Shown: piece by piece, positions 12,458 to 24,171 of the stretch
Layout of the letters: every line of letters begins with the position of its first letter
How positions within the stretch are numbered: position 1 is the stretch's first letter
Assembly: GCA_002633005.1 (NCBI GenBank)
Contig: NMRA01000063.1
Location: forward strand, 1,144,457 to 1,208,456
Direction: 5' to 3'
Length of the DNA: 64,000 nt
From: Phoronis australis
Lineage: Eukaryota; Animalia; Phoronida
Notes under the pieces: model-generated
Told to the model about the DNA's origin: nothing
The model's input: the letters and a program-made list of their open reading frames with translations, nothing else
Databases searched by the model: none
Made by a program: the position numbers and the translations under genes

Positions 12458-15400
12458 GTAAATTTCCGTTTGAGATTTTTTTCAATTAATAATTTAAGCC
12501 AGTTAGTTGTAAGGGAGTCAGTGAGGTAAGACTAAGACCTGCCTCCCGTTCAGTAACGCTAGGACCTCGTTAACAAGCAAGACTTCGCGAGATTACGTGC
12601 CGTGCGTGCGTTCAGTAACGTTAGGACCTAGCTAAAATCTAGCCAAAGTCACGTGTTCTCATTTAAAATACACGGCCTTATCTCACGTAATCTCACGAAG
12701 TCTTGCTTTTTAGCTAGGTCCTAGCAGTACTGAACGGGAGGCTGGCATGCGTTCAATAACGCTATGTAGTGAGACGTTATTTGACCTGTCTCACTGCTGC
12801 ACTGGCCTTCTGCCAAGCGCGCCATCTGTCAGCATCGAGAGACGACTGTTGTTCGTCTTTGCGACTGTCCGGCCCATATACCGGTATGTAAGGTAAGACA
12901 CCTTGGGAATTCACTACAGCTAGGACCTAGCCAGAGTGATCTTATTTAAAATACACGGCAATATCTCATGTAATCTCGCGAAGTCTTGCTTTTTAGCGAG
13001 GTCCTAGCGTTACTGAACAAGAGGCGGGTGTATGGTAATTCGAATCTGCAGTCTGGTGTAAACAACAATCATCATTCTAATTTAGTTAGTCCACCCACAG
13101 CTTGCCCAATGGTTATGTCATGGGGCAGGGTTTGTAGTCTTCATTGGTAACTGGTCAGCCGCTAGGCAATATCACTTGTGGATGCCGTGCAAGGCCTACA
13201 AACAAGCAAACCTAGGCGTGGTGCCAAGGTTTAAAGCTGCATACTAAAATAAATATACAGGTTTGCGCTGATGTGGGTGAAAAATTGACCAAATAAAATC
13301 ATAAAACAGCGTCACCTATTGGCCAGTTTCTTTTTTCTTCTATTCCTCATCCAGCTCTTCTTCCATGATGATGCGTACAATAACATATCACAACAGATTA
13401 TGGGAATTGGTTTCATTTCGTCATAATTTTTATGCACCCACATATAGATATCTATATGTGGGTGTTTATTGCCATCATCATTCACTGGGAACCTGGGCGT
13501 CCCGCGTCTGCAGCTGTATCTCCTAAACCCCTTGCAGGATCTTAATGAGATTTAGTAGGTGTGTTCCTAAACCCCTTGCAGGATCTTAATGAGATTTAGT
13601 AGGTGTGTTCCTATGAAGCTGTATCTCCTAAACCCCTTGCAGGATCTTAATGAGATTTAGTAGGTGTGTTCCTATGAAGCTGTATCTCCTAAACCCTTGC
13701 AGGATCTTAATGAGATTTAGTAGGTGTGTTCCTATGAAGCTGTATCTCCTAAACCCCTTGCAGGATCTTAATGAGATTTAGTAGGTGTGTTCCTATGAAG
13801 CTGTCACAGGATGACGACTATTTTCGGACCAATCTGACTACCGCTATTCCCCCTAGTAGTAATTTTGGTTTTTTTACGGTTGCGTCTGTATCTTTGTAAT
13901 TCTTGGATGGATCTTCGTAGAATTTGGCAAATACCAGGGTTTTCCATAGATGGGCAACTCCGTGAAAAGGTCAACCCAGAGACAAAAAATTACAATTGTG
14001 GCTACACTAACATTTCTGGTCTCATCTGAAAGCCCATTCTATCTAGTTTCAGGACCCATCTTAAACTGTCCTATCACTTCCAATGTTTTGCCTAAATGGA
14101 CCCATTTTTGGAGATCACTTGACCCGAAAATTTTCATGTGTGTTGCTAATTTTTGTCATAAAAAGCTAATTATGGGGTTTTCACTACTATCTAATTTGTG
14201 CAATCACATGAACCCCAAACTTTATAAAAAATAACATTACAACTTTGGCGCATCACTGACCTATTGGGGTCAAAGGTCAAATCCTGGGTATCATGGTCCC
14301 ATACGTCTTGTCACAAAAAAGTGTTAAAAAGTTACATCGAAAATTTTTAATCAAAATTAAAATAATGTCAGATTCTCTTTTAACTTGTTACTCAATACTA
14401 TTGCCCAAAATTTTGTATCCCAGAGATTATTCTTTTAGTTAGAAATTGCGTGACAGACGTACAGCAAATTTGTACGTCCGTCACTCCCATGAAATTGCAA
14501 TTTTTCATCCAATAAAAATAGCCTTATTACTTTCTAAACTTGCATAAGATAAAATGTATCTCACACCTGAGAACCTTGAAACGATAAAATATTACAAAGG
14601 CAGCTTTAAAATTAAGTGAAGTTGTTACAGATTTTAGCTAAATGCATTGATTTTTTACAATTTCAAAAGTATTTGTAGAAAAGTTATAGTTTACAATGTC
14701 ATCTAGTTATTCTTAGTAGAATTCAACTTATTGAAATCAAACAGTTGGACCACATTGTAAAATGTAAATAAAATGAAATGTTAATTTAATGAACTTATTG
14801 TTTTTCTGTTAGTACCCTGTGTTATCGGTAGTTAAGAAATGGGATTGTCATTCACATTAATAGAAACCTGTTTGCCATGTTTCCATCAATGATTTTTAAC
14901 AGTTTCGAGTCCATTTGTGGCGTTTGCCTCTTTATCCGCTAAAGTACTTGGAGGGTTATTATGAAAATTGGCAGATACATCCATGATGAGAAGGCCACAG
15001 CTGTCGTTGATATTCAGATGGGTTGCCCTACTTTTCATCTACGGCTATGTCTCCTTAACCATTTTTAGGATGCTATAATATAAGTTTTTCATGGTTCGTG
15101 GCAATGTTGAGCAGGTAAAAATTCACTTGCTACGAACTTGTAGTTGATTACTCGGATGTTTCCACCCTCATCTGAGGGTCTTTTTCAACGAGTGAATTAC
15201 CCGTGCTTTGTTGACCAAATCCAGAATGGGGTCATATGCTCGTGGGAGATGTAGACCTTGGTCTCAGTTCATGGTGGGCTGTCTGTTCCTGATGGCTTCT
15301 TAAACTTTTCAAGAGAACCAATGTTCCTTTCTGGCTAGAACTTGATTATCCATGTCTGCAGTTTGGTCATACTGTGGACAGGGGCAATGTCCACCATGAA

Positions 15401-18400
15401 CCAAGACCAAGGTCTACAGCTCCCCCTCGTATATGACCCCATTGTAGATCTAGGTCAACAGTGCGCGGGGTTGAAAAAGATCCTTAGATGAGGGTGAAAA
15501 CGTCATGAGTCATCAACTACAACAAGTTCGTAGTAAGTGAGCTTTTACCTGCTCAATTTTAGGATCATTATGAAATTTGGCAGATGTGTTCCTATGGAGC
15601 TGACAACAGTTTCAGACCCATTCGACTACCACTGTGCCCCCATGTGGCAGTTTTAGTTGTTTACATTTGCCTCTTGAATTTTGGGAATGCGTTGATGGAT
15701 TTTTGTAAAATTTGTAAAATAGGTTTCTATTAAGGAGATAATGATGGTCTGCCATTTTCGTATGGGTTTGATGTATTTTTGCATCACCTAGTGGCTATTT
15801 TTAGTTTTCCCAGTGACAATGATTTCTGGACGGATTTGACAACTGTAATGCTTCCTTGTGACGATTTTTGTCTTTTTTGCTTCCTCAGCTATATCTCCTT
15901 ACTCCTTTGAAGTATCTTTGCTAAATTTTGCAGGAATTAGTTTTATATTATACGGCTACTTAAGACTTATGGATGCTTCTGACTATCGCTGTACACATAC
16001 CTCTCTTGTTTTCTTCCATTAACAGATTATTTAAACATTCTTTAGTGTTTTTAAATGGAAATAAATACCTTTGAATTTTGAACTTGTAAGATTTGTTATC
16101 TATGAAGACTGGTCGAGCATATCATTTGCTTAAAGACACAAGAGCAACGCGGAGCGTTGAAATGCGCCCACGAATGCACTGCAAACGGTGTGCTTCTAAG
16201 GTGGCCACTAGATAGTGCAAAATATTTTGAATCCAGCGGAAGCCAAAAAAACAGACTTAAAAATAGTAAAAATGGCCACTAGATGGCGCAAAATGCCTCA
16301 AATTCATCCGAAAATGAGAGGATAGCGTCAGCTCATTAATAGATGCCTATGTGCGAAATTTCGTGAAAATTGGTTTAGGACCTTTGAATATACAGAGGCA
16401 AATGTAAAAAACTGAAATTGCCACAAGGGGGCACAGCAGGCCTTTATCCAGGATTTCGAAAATAGGGTGTCCAAAATGAGGTTCCCAATATTCCAGGGCG
16501 TCCATGATTCCGACGCATAACCCCCCACCACCAGCAATCCCCCCAAACACAGATTTTTTTACAAAAAATGCATAGACCAAGCGGTTTTTACATCTAAGTT
16601 TACAAAACAGCCTTCTGTATTGAGCATTATTACTAAAAAAACTGTAGACCCAGTGTGAGCATAGCATAGTATTATACATTGTATATTTCTTCCTGGTTTG
16701 AAAAAAGAGCCCCCCACTGTGAGCCTTCAGAGGCTTCCTAGTATTCATTGCAATGTGCGAGTCCATACTTGAAAGGTTCCTATTGAAAGTGGGCGTGCAA
16801 ATGATACATTGGGCATCCTTGCCAGGGCATCCAGATTAGTGCTAGGGCGACCAAATGGATGCCCAGGACGTACGCTGCATAAAGGCCTGGGGCACAGCAG
16901 TATTTGGGTCCGTCCGAAACTTTTCGCCCTCTGTCGTCAACCCCATAGGAACACACCTGCCAAATTCCAATAAGATCCCACAAGGGGTTTAGGAGATACA
17001 GCCACAGACGCCCAGACAGAGATGACGGCAATATGCACCCATATATTAATATGTGGGCGCATAGAAATGGGGAACAAAGATCCTTCGTGTTTGTTCAGAA
17101 AGTTTTCAACAGAAAAGTGCGATCACGAAAGCTTTGTGGGTTTAGTCAGTCATGCTAAAGACACTTTATAACATCTGAGATGCTGTAAAGTACCTCATAA
17201 ATCAAGGCCAGTGCCAGAGGATGAGCTCCTACTAACCTAACTGAGCAGCACCAGTCCTGGGATCAAATCATATGCGATGTTCACAGAAGAGAATTTGGTG
17301 CCGGATTTCACCCAAGCAGAAGGTGTTGTACCCTGAACACCTAAAATGACAGTCAGTCCAGTGGCATAGCGAGCACCTCCTTGCCCCCGCCGACACCTCA
17401 AGTGGCACACCCTCACACCACACCACCCCAGTCAGTAGCTGTGTAACCCCCCCAGTCACCAGATGCCTGGTGCCCCCCCCTTGGACAACACCTGTTTGGC
17501 ACCCCCTTCAGCAGGCGCCCTAGAGCACGTGACCCCCTCCCCCCTTTCTACACCACTAGAGGCTGTTAGAAATCCTGACCTTTATTTGTTGAACTTAGTT
17601 GACCTAATGTCTGTCACTAACTGAGTCATTAACAATTTTTTTTTCCATGAATTGTTTTCTATTGACCTTGAATGTTTGCCCCACTGTTGAAAATTCGATT
17701 CGTTGTCGTGGGTGACGGGGGCAACCGGCAGAAACTAAAATTTATAGCAATCTCGGGGACATTACAATATGAACGCAAAATTACAATAAGTTTTGACCGA
17801 ATTGATGAATTTTTGCACTGAACAGAGGGCCATGGCCCCCTTGGGTGCCCCCTCCCCCTTCCTATGCCAGTGGCTCTCACAACAAAGATAAAAATGGGAG
17901 CAAGGCAGATTGGGCTTCTAGTCATGTCAACAGTCTCCATGGAAACAAACAGCAATGCCATCTATAATATAGACAAAGCAGTAATAAATTAGGTACAATT
18001 TTTTATAATAAGTAATAATCATCAGTGTGGTTTTCAGGGAATGGTAATTAGTAATGCCGTCTTCTTTTTCTCTAAGATACAAGCTTTTTACGTTATGTTT
18101 TGCAAGCTAATTACATGTTCCAAGAGCCCCCCCCCCTTCCATTGGTGGTTGTGGTGCAACTGAGAACTGGCAAATGGGACCAAATGCAGTTTTTGTAATG
18201 CTTCATAAGACTTTTTAGTTTAGATTATGAACAGGTTAGGAATGGCTGAACAAATTATAAGGTCAGTTTTTGGAAAGGCGGAATGTGGCTGCTAGAGTCC
18301 AAAATTTGGCCGAAAACGGCTTTAGAGAAAACCTTCAAAATAGCCGTTTTTGCTACACAAAATGAAAGTATACAAATTTGAAAATGAATTTTGAAAATTG

Positions 18401-21400
18401 TGCCATTAAATTTTTCAATCACAGTCCTTTCAAAGCATATCACTCATTTTTATCAGCTTCTATATACATGCTACTAAAATGCATTCAATCACAGTCCTTT
18501 CAAAGCATATCACTCATTTTTATCAGCTTCTATATACATGCTACTAAAATGCATTCAAATGTGTCTACTTTGACGCCCAATTTTGCAACTTTTTTACATG
18601 TTACCAAACCAAACTTGTGCTAAGTCTAAAAAAATCTGTGATTTTGGATATAGACTCTACCTGTTGGTTTTGATGTGGAGTCAATCTTAATTTCTATTGC
18701 AGGTATATACGTCTGTTCCAAGTGTGACAACGAATTGTTTTCCAGTACTCGTAAATTCCAGCACTCCTCAGCATGGCCAGCGTTCACTCACCCAATACGG
18801 CCAGACAGTCTCCATAAATATGAAGAGTCAAAGAGGGCACTGAAGGTCTGTACCGGGCTTTGGATTCTTCTTATCATGTGCAATCAATAAAGCTTCATAA
18901 TAAGGCCCAATAGCTGATGCTGGTCTGTTTTCTTTTTTCTATAATGGAGTCAGTCGCATGGTATTTTTTCTTAGTTGCTCACTGTTTGAAAAAATGAAAA
19001 TAAACCCGAGATGAAAAAATGGTGCAGGTTTTGTTTTGTTTACTCGTTGTTTGGAAAATCATAGCAGCTTTACAAGCCTTGCTTACTCTTGCTTACATGT
19101 CTTTGCAGCTTTACAAACCTTGCTTACTCTTGCTTTCATGTCTTTGCAGCTTTACAAACCTTGCTTACTCTTGCTCTCATGTCTTTGCAGCTTTACAAAC
19201 CTTGCTTACTCTTGCTTTCATGTCTTTGCAGCTTTACAAGCCTTGCTTACTCTTGCTTTCATGTCTTTGTACAGCATTACAAAAAAAACACAAGGCCTTG
19301 GCTGAAATTGAAACAGTCAGTTTTTTTAGCCTGTGAATGCTTGTCTCAAAATGAGTGAAAGTGAGACCACAACCAATATGCTTTTGTGGCTTAAACTAAG
19401 ATTAAGGAAAATCTTCCTAGCGGTATTAAAGCTTTATCTTCTGTTCAAAAGCAAGTTACTTAGGCCACTTATGAAATTCATCTTTAAGATCAAAACTTTT
19501 TACAGAAAGGCACAACTTTAATGTCACTTTAACTATTTTAGAATAAATTAATTTTCAGATAATCTACATTTTATTTCTGGTAAATGTTTTAATAATGTTC
19601 AACGGAATAAGTTATTTTCATGACCACTGGAGTGCCACTCGTTCCACAAATAACTTTACATTTGGCCTTCCTGTTGAACACTTCCTGTTGAACACTTCCT
19701 GTTGAACACTTCCTGTTGAACACTTCCTGTTGAACACTTCCTGTTGAACACTTCCTGTTGAACACTTCCTGTTGAACACTTCCTGTTGAACACTTCCTGT
19801 TGAACACTTCCTGTTGAACACTTATGGCTGCAGTAGTGCATGTGACTAATAGGTTGAAGACTGGATGACTCGCATTCATTAAAATTGCTTGTAATGACTT
19901 AATACTGGTCCGTACTCTATAGGAACACTCTAGAAAACTGAAAACAGATAACACTAATGACAATTGTTTACATGTATATAACTTCCGACATTTCAATGTT
20001 AAATCAACCCAAAATTCAGGATGATAGAAAACCCACAAAACTTTAAAAGGGCCACAACTAATCGTGACCTACAGAAAACAGTTTGACCCGAGTAGTAGCA
20101 GTAAATACACACATGATCAAAACTACCTTCAAAGGATGAGTTCAGTAGAGTCCAAGGTTGCTATTCAGTGATGCCCTAGCATTCAGCTCAACAATGGCAA
20201 GGCTATTTGATGGTCAACTATAATTTGGTACATGCCTTAGTCTTCACCTAATCTCCTACTTGTCATGCCAACATCAAACAGACCACACTGACAATGGACT
20301 GCTGGTTTGCACTTGATTTCTTAATAATATTCAGTTGATGACAGGAAGCACTCCTGGATGAGTCAGCATGTCTCATGTTGCATGTATGGCTTAAGATGTG
20401 AGCTCCACTGTCAGTCTCACTTCAGTATTGCTGCTACGTATATCAGTGTTAATGTCAGAAGTTGACTGTGGGTTTAGTTTAAAAGGTAGCTATGCTTTGT
20501 GACTGCCCGTGGATGGCAAGAGAATGATAAAATCCAATAATTAATTTATTATTTAATAACCACTAAGTAATGCAAGTGAAACCTGGTGTTATTAAAGAAC
20601 ACTAACGCTGAAGAAGTGTAACTACGCTAGCACGCTCTGTAAGGATAACTTCAATCAATTTACCATAAATAATCTAACGTCTTATCTGCTATCCAAGCTG
20701 TAAGACTCGACACTCGTTGGATGACAGTCCTGTTGGTCAATCTTCAAACTAACACACTCTATACAGCAACACTGTACTTGCTGGTCATAGTTCCAAGTTT
20801 GTAGTATCGTTGTACCCTCGATACACTAAGGTGGTCACACTCCTTTGTGACACAACGACATCTGTAGGCAGTATCTGACCTCCCACATTTCCTCTTGCTG
20901 GTCACAGTCCCTCGTGATGCAACACGTGCAGGCAGTATCTTACTACCCATGATTCCTCTTGCTGGTCACAGTCCCTCGTGATGCAACACGTGTAGGCAGT
21001 ATCTTACTACCCATGATTCCTCTTGCTGGTCACAGTCCCTCGTGATGCAACACGTGTAGGCAGTATCTTACTACCCATGATTCCTCTTGCTGGTCACAGT
21101 CCCTCGTGATGCAACACGTGTAGGTAGTAATTTACCACCCATGCAGCAAGTGACAAACTCTTAATTAACTTTCTGTTCGTTAACCCTTGCCCAGATCCTC
21201 TTTAGAATCTTCCACGAGATGGCTCTGTTGTACTATTTATTCAGTACACTGAAGCAAATCCTATAGCTTCAACTACCAAATTCCATCTGGCTATTTTCCA
21301 GTTTTCTGCTCAAATTATAATAATGCACTTACTTAATGATTGCCTAATAAAAACCACATGATCTTATCTAACCAATCATTTGCTGTTATTATCTGAAGTT

Positions 21401-24171
21401 TCTAGAATCCTCTTAGTACATTGACCCCATAACTAAAAGAGGTAAACATCATCCAAAAATACACAGACATAAAAATTACATATAAACAAGTTTTACCCCA
21501 TGGTTTTAAAAGTACATATGCACAAATTTTGGGCAACTTCAATGGAACTAACTCTACTAATTACATAATCAATGTTTATTTGGACAGTTATGCTCCAAAA
21601 TCTGCAGTGGTTCATTTCCTAAACAGCACTAATCCATTCCTAAATCCCATGATTGGATATAACCTGCTTGTTGTGCTTTGCTGATAGCACCAGTTCTATG
21701 TTTGTGATGTTTGGCTTGATAATCAATTTAATTTCAGGTTTTGTGTGGTAAATGCAACAATGGTTTAGGGCATGAGTTTATTGGAGATGGTCCCAAGAGC
21801 CAATCCCGGTTCTGAATCTTCAGTGACTCCCTTAAGTTTGTTCCAGGTTCTGGTAAGATATTCTCTTTAATGTTGCATGGTCATGTTGAACTACTCAACT
21901 TGTTTAGTACTAAAACCTAAATAAGTCTCTGAGGCTCCTTATTGTGGTAGAAATCTGTCAACAAAATTGAAGGACACACAGTTTTTATGCGCCCACATAT
22001 TTATATGTGGTCACATATTGCTGTCGTCTCTGTCAGTCTGGGCATCCGGTGTCAGCAGCTATATCTCTTAAACCCCTCAAAGGATCTTGATGAGATTTGA
22101 CAGTTGTGTTCCTACGAAGCTGATGTGGGTTGACTACAAATTTCGGACCTCTCCAACTGCTGGTGTGTCCCCTAGTGGCAATTTTAGTTTTTTTACGCTT
22201 ACCTCTGTATCTTTGGAACTCCTCAACGTATTTTCATAAAATGTGGAATATAGGCATCTATTAGTAAGATGAAACTATCCTCTCATTTTCAGTTGGATTC
22301 AACTTAGTTTGCGCCACCTAGTGGCCATATTTACTGTTTTTGAGCCTGCTTTTTGGCTTTCCACTCCTCTGTCAACCAAACCCCTTTAAAGATGATTGTG
22401 AAAATTGGCATGAATGTTCTTACAAGAAGAGGATGGCTGACGATGATTTTCTGACACCTTTGAGTACTGCGGCGCATCCTAGTGGCAATTATGTTTTTTG
22501 TGCTCATGGCTGTATTTCCTAAACTGTTTGCAGGATTTTTACTAACTTTAGCTAGTGTATTTATATGACGTTGACAAGGCATGATGATGACTTTCACATG
22601 GATCGAACTACCAGTGTGCCTCCTAGTGGCAATTTTTATTTTTTTACCTGTGTCTTTAAAGGACCTCAGCATATTTTCATAAGTTTGGAGTAGGGCCTAC
22701 AAGCATCTATTGGTGAGATAACTCTATCATCCGGTTTTCGGATGGATTCGAGGTATTTTGCACCACCTAGTGGCCATTTTTACTGTTTTTGAGTCGGGTT
22801 TTTGGCGTTCACCACTTCATCGACCAAATTGCTCTAAGGATGATTGTGGAAATTGGCATTTACTTTCTTAATATGAAGAGGATGGCTGACGATGATTTTC
22901 CGATGACATCGAGTACTGTGGTGCCTGATACTGGCAGTTTGTTTTTTTGCGCCCATGGCTGTATCTCCTAAACAGTTTGTAGGATCTTTACTAAATTTAA
23001 CAAGTGTATTTATATGATGTTGACAACAAACAATGATGACTTTTGCACGGATCTGACCACCAGTGTACCCCTAGTGGCAATTTTAGTTTTTTATGTTTAC
23101 CGCTGTATATTCAAAGGTCCTCAACAGAGTTTCATATAATTCAGAATATAGGCATGTATTATTGGGGTGACGCTATCCTCCCATTTTCTGATGGATTCAA
23201 GGTATTTTGCACCACCTAGTTGCCATTTTTTACTGTTTTCGAGTCCGTTTTTGGCGTCCACCCCTCTATCAACTAAACCATTCTTAGGATGATTTTTAAA
23301 ATTGGTGTATATGCATGTTCTTTGTGAGAGGACGATTACGCTGACAGCTTCTTCTGTAGCACCTCCTAGTGGTGGTTTTGTTTTGTTTTGTTTTGCGGCC
23401 ATAGCTGTAACTCCTAAACCCACTGTAGGATCTTTATTAAATTTAGTAAATGTATTTATATGAAGCTAACAATAGATGACGACTTTGAGGTGGATGCTGT
23501 GTCCCCTAATGGCAATTTCATTTTTTTTGTTCCGTTTTCCTTTGTTTCTCTGAAGTTCCTTGACAGATGTTTATGAAATTTGGTAAATAGCTTTCTATTA
23601 AAGAAGCGATGGCATGTTCCGTTTTCAGAAGGATTGGACATGTTGCGCCATCTAGTGGCCATTTTTATGACAGAAATGAACAACTCTAGAAGCACATTGT
23701 TTGCGGTGCATTCATGGGCGCATTTCAACGCTACACATTGCTCTTGTTTGCTTATGTTCTAATGTGTTAAATGAATTGATAAGATGTTAACCTTTTAAGA
23801 AACCACTGTTGGAAATAATACAGAAACATTTTTAAAATGATGCAAGAGGCACTGTGTTAAACTTAAAAAGCAATATATGTAAATGCCAGTGGGATCTGTT
23901 GCTGACAAATACACTGTATTGAGTTGTTAGGAGGGGGTGAGGTGTTATGTCACGGTTCACATGTGACATCATTTAATTGAGTTTTACAAGTCATGTTAGA
24001 ATTTTGTTTCTCTCCTGCTCGTCATCAATTGTTTCGCCTCTCTGATCGCAAATAAGAAAAACACCAGTTTGATGCTTATGCACAGATTATCTGAGGCCAA
24101 TTTGGTCGTTATCCGTGCTCAGTAGACGTAATTTCCTGTTTTCAGGTCAAATGAATGGGGAGAAGCATTAA
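12403..24171 (+). CDS. MSRB1: Selenoprotein methionine-R-sulfoxide reductase B1 (SelR/SelX), 4 coding exons, 112 aa: join(12403..12457,18703..18845,21738..21852,24146..24171)
   Basis: Spliced translation [112 protein letters not shown]. It has two CxxC zinc motifs, WPAF, GLGHEF, SRF-U-IF and the N-terminal Cys4, as in vertebrate MsrB1. All introns are GT-AG with consistent phases 1,0,1. Confidence 0.96.
12538..13028. mobile_element. Palindromic MITE cluster at the start of MSRB1 intron 1
   Basis: About 60-bp arm gcctcccgttcagtaacgctaggacctcg...gacttcgcgagattac is inverted at about 12686-12743 and about 12968-13028; same family at 33905-34053. Confidence 0.75.
13512..13804 (+). repeat. About 61-bp tandem repeat, about 4.7 copies
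   Basis: agctgtatctcctaaaccccttgcaggatcttaatgagatttagtaggtgtgttcctatga, near-identical copies. Confidence 0.92.
15072..15556. mobile_element. Inverted pair of Penelope-like element 3' ends (pLTR foldback)
   Basis: 15107-15280 is the imperfect reverse complement of about 15392-15556. The minus strand encodes VLARKEHWFS*KV*EAIRNRQPTMN*DQGLHLPRAYDPIL (GIY-YIG C-terminus pattern). TTTTAGGAT is duplicated at the flanks. Confidence 0.75.
16138..17063 (-). mobile_element. HINE-like element (reverse orientation) containing the hAT MITE
   Basis: acaagagcaacgc..tgaaatgcgcccac at left; atgcacccatatattaatatgtgggcgcata at right. Confidence 0.72.
16437..16889. mobile_element. hAT-type MITE, 453 bp
   Basis: TIR CAGGCCTTTATCCAG / CTGCATAAAGGCCTG (1 mismatch); perfect 8-bp TSD GGGCACAG (16429-16436, 16890-16897); interrupts a HINE unit. 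Confidence 0.88.
18414..18558 (+). repeat. 70-bp tandem duplication
   Basis: ttcaatcacagtcctttcaaagcatatc...ctactaaaatgca x2. Confidence 0.92.
18703..18845 (+). CDS. MSRB1: MSRB1 coding exon 2 (GIYVCSKC...WPAF...RALK)
   Basis: Acceptor tttctattgcag|, donor AAG|gtctgt, 143 nt; CxxC and HSSAWPAF motifs. Confidence 0.96.
19064..19269 (+). repeat. 41-bp minisatellite x5
   Basis: gcagctttacaaaccttgcttactcttgctttcatgtcttt. Confidence 0.95.
19667..19823 (+). repeat. 14-bp minisatellite x11
   Basis: cttcctgttgaaca, perfect copies. Confidence 0.97.
20888..21143 (+). repeat. 64-bp minisatellite x4
   Basis: ttcctcttgctggtcacagtccctcgtgatgcaacacgtgtaggcagtatcttactacccatga. Confidence 0.95.
21738..21852 (+). 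CDS. MSRB1: MSRB1 coding exon 3 with in-frame TGA selenocysteine codon at 21813-21815
   Basis: Acceptor atttcag|, [25 protein letters not shown](TGA)[12 protein letters not shown], donor G|gtaag; homology continues after the TGA. Confidence 0.96.
21982..23748 (+). mobile_element. Apparently complete DINE-1/HINE-like (Helentron-associated) element filling MSRB1 intron 3
   Basis: 5' TTTTTATGCGCCCAC subTIR plus hairpin CCACATAT-TT-ATATGTGG, GTCY-type tract, internal diverged tandem units (cctagtggcaatttt...), 3' subTIR ATGGGCGCAT and terminal CTCTTGTT. Confidence 0.75.
24146..24171 (+). CDS. MSRB1: MSRB1 terminal coding exon (GQMNGEKH*)
   Basis: Acceptor tttcctgttttcag|, phase-1 compatible, TAA at 24169-24171, followed by the SECIS-bearing 3'UTR. 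Confidence 0.8.

Larger units (their letters stand above)
13427..16010 (+). mobile_element. HINE-like element interrupted by a 61-bp tandem, an unknown insert (about 13935-14890) and the Penelope pair
   Basis: Starts ttttTATGCACCCACATATAGATATCTATATGTGGGTG hairpin and ends ctcttgtt; same internal units as 21982-23748. Confidence 0.65.

Noticed and set aside
19019-20038. Repetitive ORFs in the ORF track (also 29211-29667, 40881-41460, 46578-46841 N-terminal part)
   Set aside because: They are translations of minisatellites in several frames, with no splice or homology support
21813-21815. Reading MSRB1 as a pseudogene with a premature stop
   Set aside because: The TGA falls exactly on the known Sec position, the downstream frame and splice sites are conserved, and a SECIS candidate is present
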